A model generated the notes under the pieces. The model worked only from the letters and a program-made list of their open reading frames with translations, made no database searches and had not been told where the DNA came from. From Myxococcales bacterium (GTDB lineage Bacteria; Myxococcota_A; UBA9042): a stretch of DNA of 40,909 nt. The DNA lies in NCBI GenBank assembly GCA_037441385.1, contig JBBISH010000052.1, forward strand, positions 1 through 40,909. The letters run 5' to 3'. The position numbers and the translations under genes are program-made. Position 1 is the stretch's first letter; the number at the start of each line of letters is the position of its first letter. Shown here in pieces: positions 26,279-36,096 of the stretch.

Positions 26279-28780
26279 GTGAAAATCCTAGAACGCATCA
26301 TCGCCGCGTACGCGCGGGCCGTGCTCGCTCGCCCAGGCCTGTTTCTGCTTGGTCTGAGCGTGCTTACTGCCTTGTCGGTCTGGGCCGCCAGCCAGCTCAC
26401 CATCAACACCAACCAGCTGGACCTGATCAGCCAAGAGCTGCAGGCGGTCAAAGACGTCAAGCGGGTGGTGGACATGGTGGGCGGCGCCGGCCACCTGATC
26501 ATCGGTGTGCGAGGCAGCGACGAAAAGAACATCAAGGCGGTGGCCGACGACATCAACGCGATGCTCGAGGCCGACAAGGAGCACATCCGCCACGTCACCT
26601 ACAAGCTCGACACGTCGTTCGTCCGCGAAAAGGCGCCGATGTTCGTCGAGACCAAGGACTTGGAAGAGATCCACACTCAGGGCATGGCCAAGATCAAAGA
26701 CGCCATCCGCCGGGCGTCGCCGTTCTTTGTCGAGCTGAAGAAGACCGAGCCGTACCAGCTGCACCTGGACCCGATCATCGACAAGTACAAGCGCGTGGGC
26801 AAAAAGAGCATCACCGACGACTACTACATCAGCGAAGACAAGCAGATGGTGCTGCTGGTGGTCAAGCCGATGTGGGACAGCAACGACCTGGGCAAGACGG
26901 GCGACTTGGTCGAGGACCTGCGCAAGAAGTTCGCCGACTACGACAAGAACAACAAGCGCGGCGTGCACTTGAGCGAGCAGTACGACCGCGAGCCCAGCAA
27001 GGACAAGGCCCAGGTCGGCTACGGCTTTACCGGCAGCTACAAGACCAGCTACGACGACTCGTTCGAGATGAAGGAATCGCTGGCGCCCACGACCATCGTG
27101 TCGTTTGCTGGCGTGCTGCTGGTGCTGCTGGTTTTTTTGGGCCGCCGCATCGGCGCCGTGCTGCTGATCACCACGGGCATGCTGGCTGGCACGGCGATGA
27201 CTTTTGGTTTCACGTACTTGGCCATTGGCCAGCTCAACATGATCACGTCGATCCTCGGCGGCATCTTGATGGGCCAGGGCATCGACTTTGGCATTCACCT
27301 CATCTACCGCATCCGTTACTACTTGGGCCAAGGCGAGAATTACGACCGCGCCATCCAGCTGGCCATCCACAACGCGGGCCTTGCCGCCTTCATCTCGGCC
27401 ACCGCCAGCGCTGCGTCGTTCTTTGCTTTGCTCTTTAGCGAGTTCCGTGGGTTCTCGCAGTTCGGCCTGCTGGCCGGCTCGGGCACGTACATCATTGGCT
27501 CGGCGATCTTCATCGCGACGCCGGCGCTGCTTCTGGTGGCCGGGCGGCGCTGGCCCAAGCTCCCTGAGGTGCTCTGCGGCCAGACCCCCAAAGATCAAGC
27601 CCTGGCGACCGGCCGCGAGCGTCGCATCCCGGCGCCATGGGCATGGATTGGTCTGGCGGGCACGGCGGTGCTGGCGCTCAGCTACTTTGGCCCGCAGGTT
27701 CACTTTGAGTACAACACGCGGGCGCTGATGGTCGAGAATCAGCCCAGCGTGCGCCTGCAAGATGAGATCAACGCGCGCTTCCAGATCTCGGCCGACCCCG
27801 TGGCCGTGTACTCCAAGGACCTGGAGAGCGCCAAAAAGGTCCACGAAGAGCTGTATCCGCTGGATACCAAGAAGTATACGACTATCGACCAGGTGTTGTC
27901 GGTCTACACGTTTGTGCCGCCGGCGGACCAGCAGCAGCGCAACGCCAAGGTGCTGCAGGACTGGAAAAAGGACTTGGAAGACATCGACGTCGACTCGGTG
28001 CCTGACGAGTACAAAGACAAGTACAAGATGCTGCTCGGCTACTTGGACACCAAGCCCTATGTGCTGGATGACCTGCCCAAGCTGTACCGCGAGCAGTTCA
28101 CGCACCTGCCGACCACCAAGGTCGAAAATCACGGTTGGTTGACGTTCATCTACCCACAAGTCGACCTGTGGGACGGCAAGCAAATGCTCAAATTTGCAGA
28201 CGAAGTCGAGACGATTCACCTCAAGGACGGCAGCACGGTGCGAGCGGCCGGGGCGCCGATCCTGTTTGCCCACCTGGCGCGCATCGTCCTGTTCGACGGC
28301 AAGCTGTCGATGGCGATTACTGCTCTGGTATTGCTGCTGATTTTGCTGGTCGATTTCCGCTCGCTGCGCAGCACGTTGGTCGCCTTGCTGCCGCTCGTGG
28401 CGGGCATGGGGGCGATGCTCGGCATCATGGCGCTGTTCGGTTGGTCACTCAACTTCATGAACATCGTGGTGTTTCCCATCGTGTTCGGCTTTGGAATCAG
28501 CCACGGCGTCTACCTGATGCACCGGTTCCTGGAGGGCACGAGTCCTTTCGAGGCGCTGCGTACGGTTGGGCTTGCCGTGGCGTGTTCGACCCTGACGGCG
28601 CTGGCTGGTTGGGGCGGCCTGATGACGGCTGGCCACAAAGGCTTGAAGTCAATGGGCATTTTGGCTTGCGTGGGGATGACAGCCACGCTTTTGGTGTCGT
28701 TTACCGTCATGCCGGCGGTGCTCCAACTCATCCACGACCGGCGCACCAAGAAGGCCGCCGCGAACCAGGAGCCCGCATGA
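26279..28780 (+). CDS. MMPL/RND-family lipid transporter (HpnN-like)
   Basis: Two repeats of TM-periplasmic loop-5TM, GQGIDFGIH and GFGISHGVY motifs. Confidence 0.9.
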   Translation: MKILERIIAAYARAVLARPGLFLLGLSVLTALSVWAASQLTINTNQLDLISQELQAVKDVKRVVDMVGGAGHLIIGVRGSDEKNIKAVADDINAMLEADKEHIRHVTYKLDTSFVREKAPMFVETKDLEEIHTQGMAKIKDAIRRASPFFVELKKTEPYQLHLDPIIDKYKRVGKKSITDDYYISEDKQMVLLVVKPMWDSNDLGKTGDLVEDLRKKFADYDKNNKRGVHLSEQYDREPSKDKAQVGYGFTGSYKTSYDDSFEMKESLAPTTIVSFAGVLLVLLVFLGRRIGAVLLITTGMLAGTAMTFGFTYLAIGQLNMITSILGGILMGQGIDFGIHLIYRIRYYLGQGENYDRAIQLAIHNAGLAAFISATASAASFFALLFSEFRGFSQFGLLAGSGTYIIGSAIFIATPALLLVAGRRWPKLPEVLCGQTPKDQALATGRERRIPAPWAWIGLAGTAVLALSYFGPQVHFEYNTRALMVENQPSVRLQDEINARFQISADPVAVYSKDLESAKKVHEELYPLDTKKYTTIDQVLSVYTFVPPADQQQRNAKVLQDWKKDLEDIDVDSVPDEYKDKYKMLLGYLDTKPYVLDDLPKLYREQFTHLPTTKVENHGWLTFIYPQVDLWDGKQMLKFADEVETIHLKDGSTVRAAGAPILFAHLARIVLFDGKLSMAITALVLLLILLVDFRSLRSTLVALLPLVAGMGAMLGIMALFGWSLNFMNIVVFPIVFGFGISHGVYLMHRFLEGTSPFEALRTVGLAVACSTLTALAGWGGLMTAGHKGLKSMGILACVGMTATLLVSFTVMPAVLQLIHDRRTKKAAANQEPA

Positions 28781-29346
28781 AACTCCGCATCTTGGCTGCG
28801 ATCGCCTTGCTGGCCACCGGCTGTGGCGCCAGCGTGCAGAGCTGGACCCGCGACGACTATGCGGCAGCAGATCAGAAGCAAGTCAAGCACTTGAGCCTGC
28901 AGGTGCGCGGCGTGGGCGAGCCGCTGCGGCGAATGTGGACGCTGCTGGCGCGCCGCTACGTGAATCAGCACCGCAATTTCATCCTGCGCCCGGCGGAGTT
29001 GGCCAGCGACGCGAGCCTGGGCACCGCTTGCGCCGGCAAAGAGGGCGTATTGGGCCTAGAGGTCAGCCACTTGGGCCGCGGCGGCGAGATCGCCGTGAAC
29101 CTGCAGGCCAAGATCCTGCGCTGCCGCGACGGCGAGCCGGTGTGGACGGGCGTGGTGCAGGGCAGCTGGCCCAGCGACGAGCCCACCGTGGCCGAGCTGC
29201 GCGCCCACTACGTCGCCGAGCTGGGCAACGACATCGAAGCCTATGTCGCGCCGGCGTTCCTGGCCCTGAAGGCGCTGGTGGCGACCCTGCCCGAGCCGAT
29301 CCTGACCGACGACGACCAGATGGAAAAGATCGAGCTGGGCGAGTAG
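28777..29346 (+). CDS. Lipoprotein (possibly MXAN_6521/LA_1396-like)
   Basis: ATGA overlap with the MMPL gene; lipobox LATGC. Confidence 0.75.
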   Translation: MKLRILAAIALLATGCGASVQSWTRDDYAAADQKQVKHLSLQVRGVGEPLRRMWTLLARRYVNQHRNFILRPAELASDASLGTACAGKEGVLGLEVSHLGRGGEIAVNLQAKILRCRDGEPVWTGVVQGSWPSDEPTVAELRAHYVAELGNDIEAYVAPAFLALKALVATLPEPILTDDDQMEKIELGE

Positions 29347-29352
29347 TCCCGT

Positions 29353-30672
29353 CTACTTAGCGGCCACTTGCGGCGTCAGACCCTTGGCCAGGCTCTGCGG
29401 GTGGGTCTGGCGCTTGCCAGGCTTGTCGACCAACACGGCCACCGGCCGCACGCCCCACGCCAGCGGCAGCACGTTGTGCCAGCCCGCGGGGGTCGCCGGC
29501 GGCACGAACTGGTACAGCCATGCGGCGTCGGCGGGCGACAGGTTGATGCAGCCGTGCGACTTCACGATGCCGAACTGATCGTGCCAGTAGGCGCCGTGAA
29601 AGGCGCGGCCGGCGTCGAAGTGGAGCACGTGCGGCACCTCTTCGGCGTAGTAGTAGTCGCCGGGCTTGCCGTGCATGGTGCCGTGGACGGTCTTGCCGTA
29701 GACCTCGAACCGGCCAGACTTGGTCGAAGTGCCAGGCTTGCCGGTGGAAACCAGCGTGGCGAAAACCATTTTATCGCCCTCGTAGGCCGTCAGGATCTGC
29801 TCGGCCAGGTCCACGTGCAGCCAGCGGTCGCTCGCCTTGACGCCGCTCGGCCGCTCTTGCGCAGTGGCGATCCGCACCAAGCTGCGCGGGAGCCAGCCGC
29901 CGGTGACGTGCACTTTCTGCCCCTGGATGGCCTTGACCGGCAACCGGTCGTAACGGGCGAACCAGTGGACCGCCGCCGGGTCCTTGGGCGGCGCCTTGGC
30001 CCCCTCGGGCCGCAGCGCGACCTTGCGCCGCACGAACGCCAGCACCGGCGCCGCCGGGTCGTGCTCGCCCGCGAAGGTACTCGGCGTGAACAGCTTGATC
30101 GCTGACTTCTGCATGTAGCCGCCGTCGGGGCGCCGCAGCCAGCCGCGCTCGGACAGGGCGGCGTCGGGGACGAAGGCGAGGCGGAAATTGGCGCGCTCGC
30201 GGTGCAGAACCTTGGACTTTACATCGGGTTGTGCGTAGACGGGCGTGCTCGGCCGCGGCACGTTGCCGTAGAAGTACACGGCGCGGGCGCCCTGGCTTTG
30301 GACGTCGGCCGGCCGCTCGCCAGTGCGCAGGTTGGCCAGCGGGATGGCGCCGCGGGGTTCAAGCAGCGCCCAGCCGCGCGGGGCATCGCACGATGGCGCG
30401 CAGGCCGCGACCGTGACCTGATCGCCAGTCCGCAGCATCGCGAGCATGCGGCTGCCGGCGCTGGGCTTGTCGCGGACAAAGCCAAAGGACTGCCGGACAT
30501 ACGCTTCGAACGGCGGCGCCGGCCAGGCACCCACTGAGGCGCTGGGCCGAGCCGGAGTCTGCTGCAGGGGCGCCGCCCAGCCCGCCCAAGGCAGCAGTGC
30601 GAGGGTGAGGGTCAGAGTGCATCGAACGACCGCCAGCATCACCGTGGCTTGGCTGTGGTTGGTGGTGTCCAT
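29353..30672 (-). CDS. L,D-transpeptidase (YkuD domain) with N-terminal SH3-like regions
   Basis: HVDLAEQILTAYEG, LVSTGK, FHGAYWH...SHGCINL catalytic motif. Start is uncertain. Confidence 0.9.
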   Translation of the reverse strand: MDTTNHSQATVMLAVVRCTLTLTLALLPWAGWAAPLQQTPARPSASVGAWPAPPFEAYVRQSFGFVRDKPSAGSRMLAMLRTGDQVTVAACAPSCDAPRGWALLEPRGAIPLANLRTGERPADVQSQGARAVYFYGNVPRPSTPVYAQPDVKSKVLHRERANFRLAFVPDAALSERGWLRRPDGGYMQKSAIKLFTPSTFAGEHDPAAPVLAFVRRKVALRPEGAKAPPKDPAAVHWFARYDRLPVKAIQGQKVHVTGGWLPRSLVRIATAQERPSGVKASDRWLHVDLAEQILTAYEGDKMVFATLVSTGKPGTSTKSGRFEVYGKTVHGTMHGKPGDYYYAEEVPHVLHFDAGRAFHGAYWHDQFGIVKSHGCINLSPADAAWLYQFVPPATPAGWHNVLPLAWGVRPVAVLVDKPGKRQTHPQSLAKGLTPQVAAK

Positions 30673-30809
30673 GATTTCGGCTCCCGCGGGCCGCGGACCG
30701 CTGGCGGCCCTTACCTTCAAGGTAGGCTTTGGGCGGGGCGGATCCAGGCGCAACTCGCCGACATGACATGGATGTCATGCTGCGCTGGCGGGCAAGAAGC
30801 AGGGGGCGA

Positions 30810-32039
30810 TCAGGCGGTGCGGCGCAGGTCGGCCAGGGCTTGCTGCAAGGCGTCGGCCAGCCCTGCCACCTCGCCGACGGGCGACGGCCAGTGGGCCGAA
30901 AACCGCAGGTTTCCATTGGGGATGGAGCACGAGACGCCCAACTCGCCCAGGCGCGCTTGCAGGGCCACCACGTCGACCCCGGCCGGCGGCTTGCAGGCCA
31001 GGATACCCGACCGACGGTCCGTCTCGGCTGGGCGCAGTGACGTAAAGCCCCAACGCAATAGGTAGGGTTCTAGAGCGTCGTGCCAGTCCTGAACGTGCTC
31101 GTAGATAGTAGTCACGCCAATTTGTTGCAGAATCGTCACAGAGGCAGCCAGGCCAGCGCAGCTCGAAGCGGCCAAATTTGCCCCTTCCAGGAAATCGGCG
31201 CGATCGCGCACCGGCTTGTCGTAGCGCAACAGACCGCCACCGCGGGTCAAGAAGTCGGCCGGGTCGGGCACGCTCAGCCAGCCGGCCAGGGTCTTGTGCA
31301 GGGCGCCCGCCAGCCCAGGCCGTACGTACAAAAAGCCGCTACCTTCGGGCGCCATCAGCCACTTGTGGCTGCCGCACGCCAGGTAGTCGATGCCCAGTTC
31401 GGCGACGTTCAGCGGCACCACGCCCACCGCCTGCACCGCGTCCACCGCCAGTTGGGTGCCGTGGCGGTGACACAGGTCGGCCAGCTCGGCCAGCGGTGCG
31501 CGCCAGCCCGTGTCGAAGCGCACCGCAGAAATCGCAAGAATTTTCGGTGGTAGAATTTGCCCCCCAACTTGCCGGGCGCACAGGTCCAGCCAGTCGGCGG
31601 TGGTGGCGCTGTCCTCGGGCGCCGGCAAGAAGTCGACCGTGGCGCCAAAGCGGCGGGCGGCCTGCTGCCAAGGCACCACGTTGGCCGGGAACTCGCCGCG
31701 TACGCACAAGATGCGGTCACCGGGCTGCAGGTCGATGCCGAACGCAATGGCGGCCACCCCCATGGTGGTGTTGGGCGCCAGGCCCAGGTCGTCGGCGTGG
31801 GCGCCAACTAGGCTCGCCAGCTGCTCTTTCAGGGCGCGGCGCGCGACGATCCAGGTGCCAAAGCTGCCGGCACCGCGCTCGGCCACGTCGCGCACCTGCG
31901 CCAGCACCGCCTGCTCGACTGGAAGGGACGGCGGCGAGATTGCAGCAAAATTGGCGTAGTAGGGCACCTGCAGGTGTGGGAACAGGCTGCGGTCGCCCAG
32001 CTGCGGCGAAGGCAGGGCGGCAACGGCACCGGTGGTCAT
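30810..32039 (-). CDS. Class V PLP-dependent enzyme (cysteine desulfurase/C-S lyase-like)
   Basis: YANFAAISP, EFPANVVPW, VDAVQAVG, GSHKWLMAPEGSGFLYV; ATGA overlap with rnd. Confidence 0.9.
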   Translation of the reverse strand: MTTGAVAALPSPQLGDRSLFPHLQVPYYANFAAISPPSLPVEQAVLAQVRDVAERGAGSFGTWIVARRALKEQLASLVGAHADDLGLAPNTTMGVAAIAFGIDLQPGDRILCVRGEFPANVVPWQQAARRFGATVDFLPAPEDSATTADWLDLCARQVGGQILPPKILAISAVRFDTGWRAPLAELADLCHRHGTQLAVDAVQAVGVVPLNVAELGIDYLACGSHKWLMAPEGSGFLYVRPGLAGALHKTLAGWLSVPDPADFLTRGGGLLRYDKPVRDRADFLEGANLAASSCAGLAASVTILQQIGVTTIYEHVQDWHDALEPYLLRWGFTSLRPAETDRRSGILACKPPAGVDVVALQARLGELGVSCSIPNGNLRFSAHWPSPVGEVAGLADALQQALADLRRTA

Positions 32040-33244
32040 GCGCGCGAATCCCCTTCTACGTCCGAGAATTTCAAGCGAAACCCGGTCTCGGCGTCGGCCA
32101 CGCAGCGCACGTGCTGGTCGCCGCGCACAAAGCGCCACAGCGGCTCGCCCACCAGTTGCCGCCGCCAGCCGACCAGCCCGGCGTGGTCGCAGAACGCCTC
32201 CAGGCTGTCGGGCTGCTCGCGCAGGGCGTCCAGCAGCCCGTCCCGCTTGGCCAAAAGCGGTGCAGCGATGCGGTGTTTCTGCGCCAGCTCGCCCACCAAC
32301 AACATCCCCAACGTCGCTACGGCGTCCAGCTCGGGCGGCGGCGGCGGCCGGCCCGGTGCGCGGTGCACCGGCTGCTGCAGGCCCAGTGCCACGGCGTCGA
32401 CCCAGGCCTGGGCAAAACGCTGCACCACGCGCTGCTGCAGGCGGCGATCGCCATGGATATCGCGGGGATGCTTGGGCGCCAGCTTGGCCAGCGTCAACAG
32501 CACGTCGTCGGGCAGCAAGAAGTGCGGCACCACGTCTTCGTCTTGGGCCATTCGCTCGCGCAGCGCCGCCAGGGCATACACCACCCCGGCTTCGCGCGGC
32601 TCCAAGCGCTTGGCCCCCGCCAGCCGATCGCCCGCCGCCGCCGGATCGCGGGAGTACTGACTCGTGGCGCACAGCCCGCCACACTCCGCAGCCACCCAAT
32701 CCAGCCGATCGAGCGCCACCAGTTCGTCGCGCAGGGCCGCGTGCAGGGCGAACAGGTGCGCCACGTCGCCGGCCGCGTAGGCCTTCAGCTTGTCGGGCAG
32801 CGGGCGCTGGCCCCAGTTCGCCATCTGTTCGCCCTTGGGCAGGTGCAGATGCAACACGCGCTGGAGTAAGTGCCCCAGCCCCACCTGCAGCCCGTGGCCC
32901 AAGAACGCCGCCGCCACTTGGGTGTCGAACACCTCGGCCAGCCCCAAGCCGTACACTTGCCACAGGATTCGCAAGTCGTTGCGCAGCGCGTGGCCGATCA
33001 CCGTGCGGCCTGGGCGCGCCATTTCGACCACCAGCGGCTCCAGGTTCAACGCCAGCGGGTCCACCAGCCAGACCTTTCCCGGAATCGCCACTTGCAGCAG
33101 CATCAGCCGCGGCGTGTAGGTGCGCTCGCTGTGGAATTCAGTGTCGAACGCCAGCAGTGGCGCGCTCGCCAGCTCGGCGATCAGGGTGGCTAGCGCGATC
33201 TCGGTGTCGACGAGTGTAGGATTGTCATGTGGTTGCGTCATCAT
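32036..33244 (-). CDS. rnd: Ribonuclease D (DEDDy exonuclease + HRDC)
   Basis: AFDTEFHSERTY, HALRNDL, FDTQVAA, WGQRPL...YAAGDV, followed by an HRDC domain. Confidence 0.92.
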   Translation of the reverse strand: MMTQPHDNPTLVDTEIALATLIAELASAPLLAFDTEFHSERTYTPRLMLLQVAIPGKVWLVDPLALNLEPLVVEMARPGRTVIGHALRNDLRILWQVYGLGLAEVFDTQVAAAFLGHGLQVGLGHLLQRVLHLHLPKGEQMANWGQRPLPDKLKAYAAGDVAHLFALHAALRDELVALDRLDWVAAECGGLCATSQYSRDPAAAGDRLAGAKRLEPREAGVVYALAALRERMAQDEDVVPHFLLPDDVLLTLAKLAPKHPRDIHGDRRLQQRVVQRFAQAWVDAVALGLQQPVHRAPGRPPPPPELDAVATLGMLLVGELAQKHRIAAPLLAKRDGLLDALREQPDSLEAFCDHAGLVGWRRQLVGEPLWRFVRGDQHVRCVADAETGFRLKFSDVEGDSRA

Positions 33245-33360
33245 TGGCCCGTGGCGCCGCGCTGGAGCCGCGGAGGGTGGCCGTCAGCGTAGCAGAGTTG
33301 GCGGCAGCAATGTATACTCGCCCGCCTGCACGCGCTGGCCTGGACCCTGTTGGAGCGCCG

Positions 33361-33612
33361 ATGAGCACCGCCGAGAGCACCTCCCAGCCCCCCGCCGAGC
33401 CCAAGTTCGAGACGTTGGTTGCTGAACTAGAGAAAATCGTTGGGCAACTTGAAGGTGGGCAGCTCTCGCTGGAAGACAGCTTGGCCGCGTTCGAGCGCGG
33501 CATGGACCTGTCGCAGAAGGCCGCGGCGATCCTGGACGCCGCCGAGCACAAGGTAGAGCTGCTGACCGGGACGGCCGCGGCGCCCCGTACCGAGCCCTTT
33601 GGCAACGGCTAG
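33361..33612 (+). CDS. xseB: Exodeoxyribonuclease VII small subunit
   Basis: FETLVAELEKIVGQLEGGQLSLEDSLAAFERG; GGAG RBS before ATG 33361. Confidence 0.95.
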   Translation: MSTAESTSQPPAEPKFETLVAELEKIVGQLEGGQLSLEDSLAAFERGMDLSQKAAAILDAAEHKVELLTGTAAAPRTEPFGNG

Positions 33613-33621
33613 TTATCCGCT

Positions 33622-34365
33622 GTGGCCCCGCCCCGCCGTCGCGCTGACGAGCTGCTGGTAGCCCGCGCCCTGGCCGACGACCTCCATCACGCGCAAGCCC
33701 TGATTCTGGCTGGCCATGTCGTGGCCGGCGAGCGCCGCGTTGACAAGCCGGGCCAGCCGCTGGCCCAAGACGTGCCGCTGCGCCTGACCGGCATCAAGCA
33801 CGGGCGCTACGTGTCGCGCGGCGGCGACAAGCTGCAAAGTGCGTTGGACGCCTTGCAGATTTCTGTGGAAGGCGCTCGGTGTTTGGACCTGGGCGCGTCC
33901 ACGGGCGGCTTTAGCGATTGCCTGCTGCAGCACGGCGCGGCGCGAGTGCTGGCCGTGGACGTGGGCTACGGTCTGCTGGCCGACAAGCTCCGCCGCGACC
34001 CCCGCATCACCCTGCGCGAGCGGACCCACGTGCGCGACCTGCGTCGCGAAACCCTGGAATTTCCGGTCGACTTTGTGACCGCGGACCTCAGCTTCATCGC
34101 GCTGCAGCCCCTGGTGGCGGGCATCTTGGCGCTGGTGGAGCCGGGGGGCCGGTTGCTCCTCATGGTCAAACCGCAATTCGAGGCGGCCCGCGGCGAAGTC
34201 GGCGAAGGCGGCGTGGTTCGCGACGACGGTCTGCGGCAGAGGCTCGCGCAGAGGGTGGTCGACGAGGCGGTGCGCAACGGCGCGGAGCTGCTGGGGCAGG
34301 CCGACAGCCAGGTCGCCGGGCCGGCCGGCAACCGCGAGGTATTCGTGCTGCTGCGCCAGCGGTGA
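33622..34365 (+). CDS. tlyA: TlyA-family rRNA (cytidine-2'-O)-methyltransferase
   Basis: S4-like N-terminus, YVSRGGDKL, LDLGASTGGFSDCLLQ, DLSFI, VKPQFEA, GPAGNRE. Confidence 0.95.
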   Translation: MAPPRRRADELLVARALADDLHHAQALILAGHVVAGERRVDKPGQPLAQDVPLRLTGIKHGRYVSRGGDKLQSALDALQISVEGARCLDLGASTGGFSDCLLQHGAARVLAVDVGYGLLADKLRRDPRITLRERTHVRDLRRETLEFPVDFVTADLSFIALQPLVAGILALVEPGGRLLLMVKPQFEAARGEVGEGGVVRDDGLRQRLAQRVVDEAVRNGAELLGQADSQVAGPAGNREVFVLLRQR

Positions 34366-34398
34366 CCTACCTGCACAGGTCAGCGGCGCCTGTGGCAC

Positions 34399-36096
34399 TC
34401 AAGCCTTGCGCACGCGTCGCACGCAAGCGAGCAGCGCCGCGATCTTGGGCTGGTCCAAGGCCGGCAGTTTCGGCAGATCGCTGGCGATCGTCTCGAGTTC
34501 CAGCGTCATCGCCTGACGGGTCCGCCGCAGCAGCTCGCGCGGGTACGAGTCGTCCGGTAGCAGACGCGCGTTGTAGCGGCTATCCGTGTTGATGCCGTAC
34601 CACGCGTCGAGCTCGCGCCGGATGCGCTCGGCCGGCGGGGCCACCTCGTCGGCGGCGGCGCGGCGGATCAGCTCCAGGTCCTCGGTCCGGCCCAGGGCTT
34701 CGGCCACGTTGGCCGTGTCGCGCAGCACCCGCGCCAGCGCCTCGCGCGCGGTCATGGCGTGCATCGACGACGGGATCCAGCGGATCACGGCGTCCAAACC
34801 GCCGTGCAACACCGCCTGTTCGTTGCTTTTGGCCGCCTGCAGCTCCAACTCGCCGTACTCCAGTTCGTCGATCTCGGCCGGGTTTTCGGACAGCCACACG
34901 AACAGCACGTCCAGGAAGCTGTGCACCGCCTTGATCCACTCGTACGGCGTCTGGTAGTCGCCGCCCGGGCTGCCCACGGCAAAGGCCGGCGGAGTCTCCA
35001 GCGTGCGCACTTCCACGCGATTGCGGGGTGCGCGCACAAAGCGCTCCAGCAGGTCCTGGCGCCACGTCTCCAGCTTTTGCCAGGCCGGGTCGTTGCGGTA
35101 CGGGTTCTCTTGGTAGTGCGGACCGTGCTGGAAGCACGCGTGCAGCAAGGCCTTGGCCCGCGCCGCGCCCTCGGGCGAGCTCAGATCCAGCCCGGCGTCG
35201 CGGCACACGTCCTCGAACGCCGGCCCCGGCGCCACCCGACCCGGCTGCGCGCGCACCGCCAACCAGATGTCGCGGCCCGACAGGAGGGTGCCCGACTCGG
35301 CAAATTGGCGCATCGTTTTACGGAATTGCACGGGGTCGCGGTACAGGCCCGAGACGTCCATCAGCGTGCGCCCCGGCCACACGTGGCCCAAGCGCGCCGA
35401 GTCCCACGGCGTAATCGAGGTGCCGAACACCGGCGCCGGCCGCTCGAAGCCCGCGCCAAAGAACAGCGGCGACGACGCCGACAGGGCGATCGACAGGGCG
35501 CCGCCCACCAAGCGCATGCGCCCGGTCATCTCGATCATCTTGCGCGAGATATCGGCTTCGCCCACGTCGCCCAGCCAGGGCGCCGACAGGTTGAAGTGAT
35601 CGCCCGCCGCCGCGCCCACTTTGTCGCCGTGGACGCCGATCTGGTACTGGTAGTAGAACCTTTTGAACGGCTCGGCACCCAGCGAGGCGTCGTCCTCGGT
35701 GATCCACGGCGGCCGCCACGCCGCCCCATGCAACAGCTGGGCGCGGTGACCGTGGCTGGCGTTCAAGTCCTGCAGGGCCGAGTCGATGAGGATGCACATC
35801 AGGCGCTGCGCCGCCGCCGTCGAGACGGGCGAACGCAGGGGCGACGGGTTGGCTTCGACAATGGTCTCGGGAACATCCGGGACCACCTCGTCGGCCACCG
35901 CCGCCACATCGCCGCCGTGCTGGCGCAACCAGTGGCGAATCGCCGTCGTCGGTTGTTCGCCCGCCAGGCTATGGATGACGTCGAACGTCTGCGAGTCGAC
36001 GACGATGCCCTCGGTCTCGGGCCCCAGGTGCGGGGCGCCGGTCTCGATGGCGGTGCGGATGGCGTCCAGCCGCTTGGAAGTGATGCGTTCAGCCAC
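34399..36096 (-). CDS. Glutamate--cysteine ligase-like (GCS2/carboxylate-amine ligase) protein
   Basis: LGPETE (G-x-E-x-E), VEANPSP, GDHFNLS, ALSASSPLFFG, DIWLAVRAQPG, NRVEVRTLE; longer than typical members. Confidence 0.72.
   Translation of the reverse strand: MAERITSKRLDAIRTAIETGAPHLGPETEGIVVDSQTFDVIHSLAGEQPTTAIRHWLRQHGGDVAAVADEVVPDVPETIVEANPSPLRSPVSTAAAQRLMCILIDSALQDLNASHGHRAQLLHGAAWRPPWITEDDASLGAEPFKRFYYQYQIGVHGDKVGAAAGDHFNLSAPWLGDVGEADISRKMIEMTGRMRLVGGALSIALSASSPLFFGAGFERPAPVFGTSITPWDSARLGHVWPGRTLMDVSGLYRDPVQFRKTMRQFAESGTLLSGRDIWLAVRAQPGRVAPGPAFEDVCRDAGLDLSSPEGAARAKALLHACFQHGPHYQENPYRNDPAWQKLETWRQDLLERFVRAPRNRVEVRTLETPPAFAVGSPGGDYQTPYEWIKAVHSFLDVLFVWLSENPAEIDELEYGELELQAAKSNEQAVLHGGLDAVIRWIPSSMHAMTAREALARVLRDTANVAEALGRTEDLELIRRAAADEVAPPAERIRRELDAWYGINTDSRYNARLLPDDSYPRELLRRTRQAMTLELETIASDLPKLPALDQPKIAALLACVRRVRKA

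Noticed and set aside
30810..36096. Ergothioneine pathway (EgtA-like ligase plus EgtE-like PLP lyase)
   Set aside because: No egtB, egtC or egtD is present, and the two genes are separated by rnd, xseB and tlyA.
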